Part shown: in pieces, positions 20,618 to 28,225 of the stretch
Layout: every line of letters starts with the position of its first letter
How positions within the stretch are numbered: the first letter of the stretch is position 1
Assembly (NCBI GenBank): GCA_002239025.1
Contig: MPNM01000013.1
Location: 2,575 to 66,574 of the forward strand
Source of the DNA: Chloroflexi bacterium bin125
Lineage (GTDB): Bacteria > Chloroflexota > Dehalococcoidia > Bin125
DNA: 64,000 bases
Direction of reading: 5' to 3'
Made by a program: the position numbers and the translations under genes
The notes under the pieces: generated by a model
Told to the model about the DNA's origin: nothing
Seen by the model: only the letters and a program-made list of their open reading frames with translations
The model's database searches: none

Positions 20618-20767
20618 GGTTCTTCTCGCGTTCTTGTCGTGCTCGCCGTTCTCACCTGATGCATATACCGAGCGCTGCGGCCATACTGCAATACTGTACG
20701 CCAGCACGAATTGATTTCGGCAGCGCGCGCTACTTAGCCAAAGACGAAGAGAGCGGAGAAGACAACC

Positions 20768-20983
20768 ATGGCCGATGTGAAGTCGCCGATGGCCGGCACC
20801 ATTTTCGAGCTGATCGCCGCAGTCGGCGACGCCGTTGAAGAGGGCGACGAGCTCGTCATCCTCGAGTCGATGAAGATGGAAATCCCGGTCGAAGCGCCCA
20901 GCGACGGCAAGGTTGCCGAAATCCACATCGCCCAGGGCGACCAGGTCCAGGAAGGCGACGTGCTGGTCACGCTGAGCGACTAG
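20768..20983 (+). CDS. Biotinyl/lipoyl-domain carrier protein (minimal BCCP)
   Basis: 71 aa with SPMAGTI...GDELVILESMKMEIPV (the biotinyl-Lys motif E-x-MKM). Confidence 0.85.
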   Translation: MADVKSPMAGTIFELIAAVGDAVEEGDELVILESMKMEIPVEAPSDGKVAEIHIAQGDQVQEGDVLVTLSD

Positions 20984-20999
20984 TTCAACAAACGTAACC

Positions 21000-22352
21000 A
21001 TGTTTCAACGTGTTCTGATCGCCAATCGCGGCGAGATCGCCGCTCGTGTGTCTCGCACCTGCCGACGGCTCGGCATCGAGTCCCACGCTGTCTACTCCGT
21101 CGCCGACGCCGACGCCTTGCATGTCCGTGAGGCCGACGGCGCGACGCACATCGGCGCTGCGCCGGTCGCTGAGTCGTACATCAACGTCGACGCCGTGCTC
21201 GACGCCGCGGTCGAGGCTGGCTGCGACGCCGTCCATCCCGGCTACGGTCTGCTCTCTGAGAACGGCCACTTCGCCCAGGCCTGCGATGAACGCGGGATCA
21301 CCTTCATCGGTCCCGCGGCAGCGCACATGGAGTTGATGGGCAACAAAAACCAGGCCCGTGCGACGATGCGCGACCTGGGCATGCCGGTGATTCCCGGTTC
21401 GGCGGCGACTGTTGCCGATGAAGACGCTGAAGCGGTTGCCGAAGCGGTCGGCTATCCGCTGCTGATCAAAGCCTCATACGGCGGCGGCGGGATTGGCATG
21501 GCGACCGTCAAGCGACCCAATCAGTTCTCCCGCTCCCTGCGTCGCGCACGCTCATCCGCTCAACGCGCGTTCGGCTCCGACGAGGTCTATCTCGAACGAC
21601 TGCTGGTCGAACCGCACCACATCGAACTCCAGGTCTTCGGCGACGGCCACGGCAACGCCGCCATCCTTGGCGACCGCGAGTGCAGCGTCCAACGCCGACA
21701 TCAGAAAGTGATCGAAGAGGCGCCCGCGCCTGCCCCGCACCTGACAAGCGATCTGCGTGAACGGCTCTACAGCCAGGTCCGCGATGCGGTCGCGGGACTG
21801 AACTATCAGAATGCCGGGACCGTCGAGTGTTTGCTCGACGCCTCAGGGGAAATCTTCTTTCTCGAGATGAACACCCGACTCCAGGTCGAGCATCCCGTCA
21901 CAGAAATGGTCACGGGACTCGACCTCGTCGAGTGGCAACTACGCATCGCTGCTGGTGAACCACTGACGGAGCTGCCCGGCTACGGAGACCCGCCGCCAAT
22001 CTCAGGGCACGCCATCGAGACGCGCATCTACGCCGAGGATCCCGAAACACTGCTGCCGAGTCCCGGCTCGATTGACGTCCTGGAAGTCCCCGACGAGCCG
22101 TGGTTGCGCCTGGATGCGGGCGTCGCTTCGGGCGACGAAGTCTCGCACTTCTACGACCCACTGATGGCCAAGCTGATCGTGTACGGGGACGATCGTCCGC
22201 AAGCACTCGATCGGCTGCGCCAGGCGCTCGACGGCTCACGCATCGAGGGCCTCAAACACAACATCCCCTTCCTCCAGAGAGTCCTCGACACTCAGCCATT
22301 CATCGACGGCGACTACGACGTCACCCTGACTGACGGGCTGCTCAAGTCGTAG
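21000..22352 (+). CDS. accC: Biotin carboxylase (ATP-grasp) subunit of a biotin-dependent carboxylase
   Basis: 450 aa. MFQRVLIANRGEIAARV..., YPLLIKASYGGGGIGM, EMNTRLQVEHPVTE. Confidence 0.93.
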   Translation: MFQRVLIANRGEIAARVSRTCRRLGIESHAVYSVADADALHVREADGATHIGAAPVAESYINVDAVLDAAVEAGCDAVHPGYGLLSENGHFAQACDERGITFIGPAAAHMELMGNKNQARATMRDLGMPVIPGSAATVADEDAEAVAEAVGYPLLIKASYGGGGIGMATVKRPNQFSRSLRRARSSAQRAFGSDEVYLERLLVEPHHIELQVFGDGHGNAAILGDRECSVQRRHQKVIEEAPAPAPHLTSDLRERLYSQVRDAVAGLNYQNAGTVECLLDASGEIFFLEMNTRLQVEHPVTEMVTGLDLVEWQLRIAAGEPLTELPGYGDPPPISGHAIETRIYAEDPETLLPSPGSIDVLEVPDEPWLRLDAGVASGDEVSHFYDPLMAKLIVYGDDRPQALDRLRQALDGSRIEGLKHNIPFLQRVLDTQPFIDGDYDVTLTDGLLKS

Positions 22353-22384
22353 CCTGCCTGAGTGCGCCTGCCAACGCGAACACA

Positions 22385-22469
22385 CCGTCCCCGCCTCCGA
22401 GCGGGGACCCGTTCCTGTTTGGCGCTGGCGCAGGGGTCAGAGCGGGTCCCCGCTCGGAGGCGGGGACGG
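22385..22469. repeat. GTCCCCGC-loop-GCGGGGAC nested palindromic element, copy A
   Basis: Perfect 27-nt inverted arms: CCGTCCCCGCCTCCGAGCGGGGACCCG (22385-22411) and its reverse complement (22443-22469). Each arm is itself a hairpin. Confidence 0.85.
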
Positions 22470-22494
22470 AACAACTCTTCGCAAAGGCGAGAGG

Positions 22495-23334
22495 ATGAAC
22501 ATGAAACTCGGCATCTTCAACATGGGCACCGGCATCTCCGAGCCCGGAGCACTCCGAACGATCGCAGAGGCCGCCGAATCATCTGGCCTGGAGTCACTCT
22601 GGTGCGGCGAGCATGTCGTCCTGCCCAAGCCCCGCGTCGCGCCGTCGCCGGCTGACCCGGAGCACGACTTTCTGCATCCATCGGTCGTCCTTACTTACCT
22701 CGCTGCCTGCACAGAGACCGTCAAGCTCGGCACGGGTATCGTCCTGATTGCCCAGCGCAACCCGCTCGTTCTGGCCAAAGAGTTCGCCTCGGCCGACGTG
22801 CTCTCCAATGGACGCGTCATCCTCGGCATTGGCGCGGGTTACTTGCAACCGGAGTTCGATGCCATCGGAGCACCATTCCGAGAGCGCGGACGCCGAACCG
22901 ACGAATCAATCGACGCCATGCGCGCGCTCTGGAACGAGGAAGACCCGGACTTCGATGGCGTATTCTGGCAGTTCAGCGGCATCGACGCTCACCCAAGACC
23001 GACCAAACCAGGCGGCGTGCCGATTCACATCGGCGGTCACTCCAGGGCCGCGCTCAGGCGTGCCGCCCAGCGAGGTCAAGGTTGGTACGGCTGGATGCAG
23101 GATCCCGAGCAGACTGCCGAGTACGTACAGCAGCTCAACGAACTGTCAGAACAAGCAGGCCGATCAGACGAACTCGGCGATCTGGAAATCACAATCACGC
23201 CCCCGGCCCGCCTCACTGCCGAAGCAATCGAGCAGTACGCCGAAGCCGGCGCCCACCGCCTCGTCTCGTTGGCGACGCCGAACGAACGCAGCATGCTTCA
23301 CGCCGTCGAACACTTGGCGTCTCTGGACACTTAG
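22495..23334 (+). CDS. LLM-class F420/flavin-dependent oxidoreductase
   Basis: 279 aa. ESSGLESLWCGEHVVLP..., LGTGIVLIAQRNPLVLAKEFASADVLSNGRVILGIGAGY. Confidence 0.82.
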   Translation: MNMKLGIFNMGTGISEPGALRTIAEAAESSGLESLWCGEHVVLPKPRVAPSPADPEHDFLHPSVVLTYLAACTETVKLGTGIVLIAQRNPLVLAKEFASADVLSNGRVILGIGAGYLQPEFDAIGAPFRERGRRTDESIDAMRALWNEEDPDFDGVFWQFSGIDAHPRPTKPGGVPIHIGGHSRAALRRAAQRGQGWYGWMQDPEQTAEYVQQLNELSEQAGRSDELGDLEITITPPARLTAEAIEQYAEAGAHRLVSLATPNERSMLHAVEHLASLDT

Positions 23335-23369
23335 GAACTCGCCTCCGGTATGTGCCTTAGCAGCCAGGT

Positions 23370-23474
23370 CCCAGTCCCCGCTTCACGCGGGGACCTGCTC
23401 CTTCCCGACTGGGAACTCCACTTCATGATGTCAGGCGCCGACCCAGCGGGTCCCCGCGTGAAGCGGGGACTGGG
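23370..23474. repeat. GTCCCCGC-loop-GCGGGGAC nested palindromic element, copy B
   Basis: CCCAGTCCCCGCTTCACGCGGGGACC (23370-23395) and its exact reverse complement at 23449-23474. It lies between convergent genes. Confidence 0.85.
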
Positions 23475-23528
23475 AAAAGCTGACCAACGTCACTTCTGGG
23501 ACGCCCTCTGAGAGCAGGAGAAGAGTTA

Positions 23529-24464
23529 TCACTCCCCCAGGTACATCAACGCGCTCTCCGAGACCCGCTCCACATCCGCCCACGAGTACCACGGCGGCAC
23601 GTCGCCAATCTCCGACCAGATCCGGTGGATCACAGCCAGCTTGTACATCTGGTGCAGCATCCAATAGCGCAGATCGTGCGCGTCCCGGCCTGATCGCTCG
23701 AATGCCGGCGCGGTCAGCGGGTGAGTCTCGGGCGGCGCGTCCATGCCCTTGAGCGATCCCAGCGCGGTAATCAATCCCCAGTCCGATAGCGGATCGCCGA
23801 GCTGGGCCTGTTCCCAGTCGACCACGCCGGCGATCATCCCGTCTTCGCCGACGAGGTAGTTGAACACGTTGATGTCGCCGTGACACAGGCGCGGCTCGGG
23901 ACTGTCGGGCAGATGTTGATTGAGAATCGCGCCGATCTCGGCAATCAGGTGATCGTCCTGACAGTTGAACGCGATTGCCCGCGCCCGGACGGCGTCGAGG
24001 TCGCGCAGCGCCGCCTCGTGCCCTGCTGACGGTGGATCGAGGAAATCGAGCCCATAAGATTGCCACTCGAGCGCATGGATCGACTCAACCATCGCACGAT
24101 AGCTGTCCACGACCTGCGAGGTCATCGGCACCATGCCCATATGCGGATAGTCGAGCCATTCAAGAATCGCGTACGGCGACTTGAGCGGCGAGTCCACATC
24201 GGCTGTGCCCAACACGTTCGGCACGGGAATTGGAGACGCTGCCAGGGATTCAATCACTCGCGCCTCGCGCAGAACGTCGTAGGGCTGAAAGATGCCCTGT
24301 TCGCGCTGTAGCCGTAGAACGACCGGGGCGTCACCATCTCGTCGGACCTGCCAGGTCAGGTTCGACACGCCGCCGTCCAGCCGCTCAACAGAGGCAACGC
24401 GGCCTCCAACGCCGCAGGCCAGCAGCGACTCAGTCGCGAGCGCTGGGTTCAGCTCGATGTCCAT
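23529..24464 (-). CDS. Phosphotransferase-family (APH/choline-kinase-like) protein
   Basis: 311 aa with the Brenner motif LCHGDINVFNYLV and VVDWEQAQLGDPLSD. Confidence 0.8.
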   Translation of the reverse strand: MDIELNPALATESLLACGVGGRVASVERLDGGVSNLTWQVRRDGDAPVVLRLQREQGIFQPYDVLREARVIESLAASPIPVPNVLGTADVDSPLKSPYAILEWLDYPHMGMVPMTSQVVDSYRAMVESIHALEWQSYGLDFLDPPSAGHEAALRDLDAVRARAIAFNCQDDHLIAEIGAILNQHLPDSPEPRLCHGDINVFNYLVGEDGMIAGVVDWEQAQLGDPLSDWGLITALGSLKGMDAPPETHPLTAPAFERSGRDAHDLRYWMLHQMYKLAVIHRIWSEIGDVPPWYSWADVERVSESALMYLGE

Positions 24465-24468
24465 CAGC

Positions 24469-24894
24469 TCAACCCGTCTGCGTAATCGAATACGTGACCC
24501 GCGCCTTGGCGATCAACTTGCCCTGGTCGCTGAGCAGGTCGACATCGCCAACGGCCAGCGTGCGGCCCTTCTTAATCACGTTCGATTCCACTCGAACCTT
24601 CGAGCCCACTGCCGGCCGCAGATAGGAGATGTTTAGCTCCGATGTCCCCTGCATCGCCTCGCCAACCCGACAGGTCGAGAGCACCGCCGCGACCACGCCA
24701 ATATCGGCTAGCGAGGCCAGCACGCCGCCATGCACGCCACCGCGAGCGCCGCCAGCCGTGTGCCTAGTAATCGGCATCTCCAGCACCGTCCGCCCACGCG
24801 AAATCTCGGTGAACTGCTCCCCAAACAGAGAGTTGGTCCCATATCGAGACTCAATCTCAGGAAGCGGAACCAGATACTGAATGTCATCGGGCAT
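24469..24894 (-). CDS. PaaI-family hotdog-fold thioesterase
   Basis: GGVHGGVLASLADIGVVAAV... is typical of PaaI/YdiI. ATG at 24894; the track ORF runs into the repeat. Confidence 0.78.
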   Translation of the reverse strand: MPDDIQYLVPLPEIESRYGTNSLFGEQFTEISRGRTVLEMPITRHTAGGARGGVHGGVLASLADIGVVAAVLSTCRVGEAMQGTSELNISYLRPAVGSKVRVESNVIKKGRTLAVGDVDLLSDQGKLIAKARVTYSITQTG

Positions 24895-24944
24895 AGCAGG
24901 AGTGTAGAGGCAGCCTCGTCCTTGGCGTCGGTGATGTTGAATCA

Positions 24945-25053
24945 CCCAGTCCCCGCTTTACGGAGACCTCTGAAGAACTTCCGAATTCGCTCTCCCCCGC
25001 AAGGGGGGAGAAGGGGAGTTCTTTTGGAGGTCCCACGTATAGCGGGGACTGGG
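24945..25053. repeat. GTCCCCGC-family element, copy C (degenerate), carrying an internal CTCCCCCGCAAGGGGGGAG hairpin
   Basis: Left arm CCCAGTCCCCGCTTTACGGAGACC. The right arm (reverse-complemented) is CCCAGTCCCCGCTATACGTGGGACC. The inner hairpin is at 24992-25010. Confidence 0.75.
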
Positions 25054-25089
25054 AATTCGACTGTCCGGACAGCCTCTCCTCAAGTCTCT

Positions 25090-26031
25090 TTACGCCGACA
25101 GCAACCGATCTGTCGGCTCCGAGTACATCGCTGCGATCGAGTTGATGTCCCAGTCATGAATGACGCTGAGGGCTCCGGTGGCTGAGGAGTGCTTGTAGAG
25201 CTGGTGCAGCGTCCAGTAATGCAGATCGTCGTCGCTACGGCCATAGCTCTCCAACGCTTCTCGCATCACTCCCCGGGCACCTTCCGACAGGTCGAGATTG
25301 CCGAGTAAGTCCTCCGCCGCCAGACGTCCCCAGTCCGACAGCGGATCGCCCAGATGCGTCTGTTCCCAATCGAGCACCGCGGCGATGCCTGGCGAATCCC
25401 CTACGCCGTGAGTCGGGCTGAGGATGAAGTTACCGAAGTTCACGTCTCCGTGGACGAGCATCGGTTCCGGACTGTCAGGGACGCGGCCGTTCAGGCCTTC
25501 GCGCAAGCGCTTGATGTGCGGCAGATCGTAGACGCCGAATGCTTGCAGCCGCTCTGCGATCTGTGAACGCTCGTGCATTGCCGGTCCAGTCGCGGGAGGC
25601 AGCGGTAGCCAGTCGAGATCTGCTTCTCGCCAGTTGAGCGTGTGAATCTGGCGCAGCGTCTGGCAGTAGACGCGAGCGTCCTCTGCCTGCGCTTGACGTT
25701 TCAACATCACTTCGCCATCCACCCACTGGACAACCATGCAGCCTCGGCCGACTTCGCCAGACGGAGCGAGGTCGCCGGAAACACCCAGCACTGCCGGGAC
25801 AGGTATGTCCGCGTCGGCCAGGCAACGCAGTAACCGCGCCTCGGAAGGCAGATCGTACGGAGGCAGGATTCCCCGCCGCGGTTCCATTCTGAGCACGACT
25901 GGAACGGCATCGATCCGTTCGACCCGCCAGCTCAGGTGCGACTTGCCCTTGAGACGCTCAACGTTGGTGACGACGCCATCCACGCCGCACGCCGCCAGTG
26001 CTTCCCGAACATGGTTAGTCACGTCGTTCAC
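25090..26031 (-). CDS. Phosphotransferase-family (APH-like) protein, paralog of 23529-24464
   Basis: 313 aa with LVHGDVNFGNFIL and VLDWEQTHLGDPLSDW. GTG start. Confidence 0.8.
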   Translation of the reverse strand: MNDVTNHVREALAACGVDGVVTNVERLKGKSHLSWRVERIDAVPVVLRMEPRRGILPPYDLPSEARLLRCLADADIPVPAVLGVSGDLAPSGEVGRGCMVVQWVDGEVMLKRQAQAEDARVYCQTLRQIHTLNWREADLDWLPLPPATGPAMHERSQIAERLQAFGVYDLPHIKRLREGLNGRVPDSPEPMLVHGDVNFGNFILSPTHGVGDSPGIAAVLDWEQTHLGDPLSDWGRLAAEDLLGNLDLSEGARGVMREALESYGRSDDDLHYWTLHQLYKHSSATGALSVIHDWDINSIAAMYSEPTDRLLSA

Positions 26032-26051
26032 AGCGAGCGGAATCTATCCCG

Positions 26052-26093
26052 CTCCCCCTCGCAGGGGGAGCTGCCGAAGGCTGAGGGGGTCCC
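26052..26093. repeat. CTCCCCC..GGGGGAG hairpin plus CTGCCGAAGGCTGAGGGGGTCCC tail, copy 2
   Basis: ctccccc-tcgca-gggggag-ctgccgaaggctgagggggtccc. Compare 20260-20302. Confidence 0.75.
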
Positions 26094-26155
26094 TTGCCCT
26101 GTCTTGGTCGCCCAACCGGGCAACTCACGTGTCCAACACCGATTGTGAACAGGCT

Positions 26156-26272
26156 TTAGCCCTGGCGCTGCTTGTTGCGCGGGTTCCTTTTGTTGATGAT
26201 GTAGACGCGTCCCTTGCGGCGGACGATTTGATCGTCGCGGGAACGCTTCTTGACCGAGGCTCTGACCTTCAT
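26156..26272 (-). CDS. rpmJ: 50S ribosomal protein L36, Cys-less (zinc-independent, C-minus type)
   Basis: Not in the ORF track because it is under 60 aa. Manual translation: [38 protein letters not shown] (38 aa). GGAG lies 6 nt upstream of the ATG. Confidence 0.88.
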   Translation of the reverse strand: MKVRASVKKRSRDDQIVRRKGRVYIINKRNPRNKQRQG

Positions 26273-26406
26273 GAGGGCTCCGATTGCTGATACTGACCGA
26301 AATCGTACCACGAGGCCCGCTCATCCAGGCCTGTCAGCTCTGTTGCAAACTCGTCATCGCTGGTCGCTATCATAAGATCGATGCCTCCGGAAAACTACAT
26401 CCGCGT

Positions 26407-27648
26407 ATGCCGTTGAGCAACGTGATCGCTGACGAATCAGCAGTTCGGCTGCTTGAGCGACACGAAGATGTCGCAGCGCTCGCTGATCGCATTCGCGCCG
26501 TCGGCATCATGGGACTTGACACCGAGTTCGTCTCGGAACGCACCTATCAACCCCAGCTCGCTCTGCTCCAGGTGGCAACTCCGGACGAAATCTGCCTGAT
26601 CGATCCACTGTCTGATCGCATCCAGGAAGCTCCAGATCAGCCCATCTGGGATCTGATGGCCGATCCGAGCGTCCGCACGATTGTTCACGCGCATGATCAG
26701 GAGGCGCAGTTTTGCCTGCAGCGAACCGGCAAATCGCCGGGCGACCTGTTCGATGTGCAGCTCGCAGCAGCGTTTAGCGGTCACTATTTCCCCATCGCCT
26801 ACGACAAGCTCGTCGGGCGTGAGCTGCGCCGTAGCGTCGGACCCTCGCAATCGCGAACCAACTGGCTGCAGCGACCCCTGACGGAAGCCCAATGCCGCTA
26901 TGCCGCCGACGACGTGCGCTGGCTGTTCCGTTTGCACGATCGCTTCGTCGAGCGCATGTCGCACGACCCGGCTCAGGAGCGGTTGTCCTGGCTGCGCGAA
27001 GAGACGAATGCGCGACTGAATCGGCTCGGCCGTCGAGAGACCGACCGCTGGCGTCGACTGTCGGGAGCAAACAAACTGTCGCCGCGTTCATTGGCCGCCT
27101 TGCGCGAGTTGTCGAGCTGGCGAGAGCAAGTCGCCAGCCGCCGCAACGTACCGTTCCGCAGGATTGCCTCCGACGGTCTGCTTGTCGCCGTCGCCGCCAG
27201 CCGGCCCGAATCGCGCGGTGAGCTGTCAAGCGTGCGCGGAGTTGGGCAGCTCAAACAGAACTATCACCAGGACGTACTCGATGCGGTCGAGACCGCGCTG
27301 GCAGTTCCTGAAGATGCGCTGCCCAGCCCTGTCAGCCGCCACAACCGCGGTAAGCCGTCGCGCATGGTACTGCTCTTCCTGGAGTCCGTGCTCGCCGCTG
27401 CCTGCGCCCGACACCAGATCGACTCCGAGCTCGTGGGCAGCAGCTCGCAGTTACGCGCGCTGGTCTCCTGGAACGAAAACGGTCGTCCATCTGACGACAT
27501 GCCGCCGCTGCTCGTCGGCTGGCGAGCCGAGGTCTGCGGACAGCCGCTGCTCGACGCGCTGGACGGCCGGATCAGCCTGAGCATCAGCGATCCCCTCTCA
27601 GCCAATCCCCTCGCCGTCGCCGGTCTGGGAGTGCCTACGGGCGGCTAA
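26407..27648 (+). CDS. rnd: Ribonuclease D (DEDDy 3'-5' exonuclease plus HRDC)
   Basis: GLDTEFVSERTYQPQLALLQVAT (Exo I), ...HAHDQEAQF..., YAADDVRWL (Exo III). An HRDC-like region follows. ATG at 26407. Confidence 0.85.
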   Translation: MPLSNVIADESAVRLLERHEDVAALADRIRAVGIMGLDTEFVSERTYQPQLALLQVATPDEICLIDPLSDRIQEAPDQPIWDLMADPSVRTIVHAHDQEAQFCLQRTGKSPGDLFDVQLAAAFSGHYFPIAYDKLVGRELRRSVGPSQSRTNWLQRPLTEAQCRYAADDVRWLFRLHDRFVERMSHDPAQERLSWLREETNARLNRLGRRETDRWRRLSGANKLSPRSLAALRELSSWREQVASRRNVPFRRIASDGLLVAVAASRPESRGELSSVRGVGQLKQNYHQDVLDAVETALAVPEDALPSPVSRHNRGKPSRMVLLFLESVLAAACARHQIDSELVGSSSQLRALVSWNENGRPSDDMPPLLVGWRAEVCGQPLLDALDGRISLSISDPLSANPLAVAGLGVPTGG

Positions 27649-27728
27649 CGAGGGACTGCAAACTGCAATCGGCTGGTCAGTCGGCAGGTGACCCAAGCCC
27701 CCACATCCCGCTAAGATGACTGAGGCGA

Positions 27729-27804
27729 TGCCCGGTAGCTCAATTGGTAGAGCGGGCGGCTGTTAACCGCTAGGTTGCGGGTTCAAGTCCTGCCCGGGCA
27801 GCCA
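27729..27804 (+). tRNA. tRNA-Asn (anticodon GTT), CCA encoded
   Basis: Acceptor tgcccgg/ccgggca, anticodon loop cuGUUaa, T-loop ttcaagt. Confidence 0.9.
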
Positions 27805-27826
27805 TCATCGCCCAATCCAACCCACC

Positions 27827-28033
27827 ATGCACAGGTACCAGATCACCATCTACTGGAGCGACGAGGACGACGTGTTCGTGGCAGACATCCCGGAGTTGCC
27901 CGGGTGCATGGCTCATGGGGACTCGCACGAGGAGGCGCTCGCACAGGCGCAGGCCGCGATCGGTTACTGGCTCGAAGGTGCCGAAAGGATTGACCGCGAG
28001 ATTCCCAATCCTACGCCGAACTCAGGCAGGTGA
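27827..28033 (+). CDS. hicB: HicB-family antitoxin-like protein (UPF0150 domain only), with no adjacent hicA
   Basis: 68 aa. YQITIYWSDEDDVFVADIPELPGCMAHGDSHEEALAQAQAAIGYWLE is the canonical HicB N-domain pattern. Confidence 0.8.
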   Translation: MHRYQITIYWSDEDDVFVADIPELPGCMAHGDSHEEALAQAQAAIGYWLEGAERIDREIPNPTPNSGR

Positions 28034-28034
28034 A

Positions 28035-28108
28035 TGGCTGCCGAGCCAGGATTCGAACCTGAACTGAGGGATCCAAAGTCCCTAGTGCTACCGTTACACT
28101 ACTCGGCA
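28035..28108 (-). tRNA. tRNA-Gln (anticodon TTG), CCA encoded
   Basis: The reverse complement folds as a cloverleaf: acceptor tgccgag/ctcggca, anticodon stem aggga/tccct, loop cuUUGga. Confidence 0.9.
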
Positions 28109-28113
28109 ATCTC

Positions 28114-28202
28114 TGGTACCGAGGGCCGGACTCGAACCGGCACGGGCTTTACGCCCAATGGTTTTTGAGACCATCGCGTCTACCATTCCGCCACCTCGGC
28201 GC
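28114..28202 (-). tRNA. tRNA-Leu (anticodon CAA), long variable arm, CCA encoded
   Basis: Reverse complement gcgccgaggtggcggaatggtagacgcgatggtCTCAAaaaccat + variable arm tgggcgtaaagcccgt + T-arm. 89 nt. Confidence 0.9.
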
Positions 28203-28225
28203 AGATCCTTAGGGTATCAGCATGT

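Noticed and set aside
20414-21001. The 195-aa form of the minus-strand ORF.
   Set aside because: Only the C-terminal 67 aa (from ATG 20617) match the Trm112 family. The N-terminal extension runs antisense through the biotinyl-protein gene.
22385-25053. The CCCCGC...GCGGGG-containing repeats look like type I-E-style CRISPR repeats.
   Set aside because: Each locus has only two arms, and they are in inverted rather than direct orientation. Spacing is irregular, the loci are scattered in intergenic gaps, and no cas genes are present. This is REP/MITE-like architecture, not a CRISPR array.
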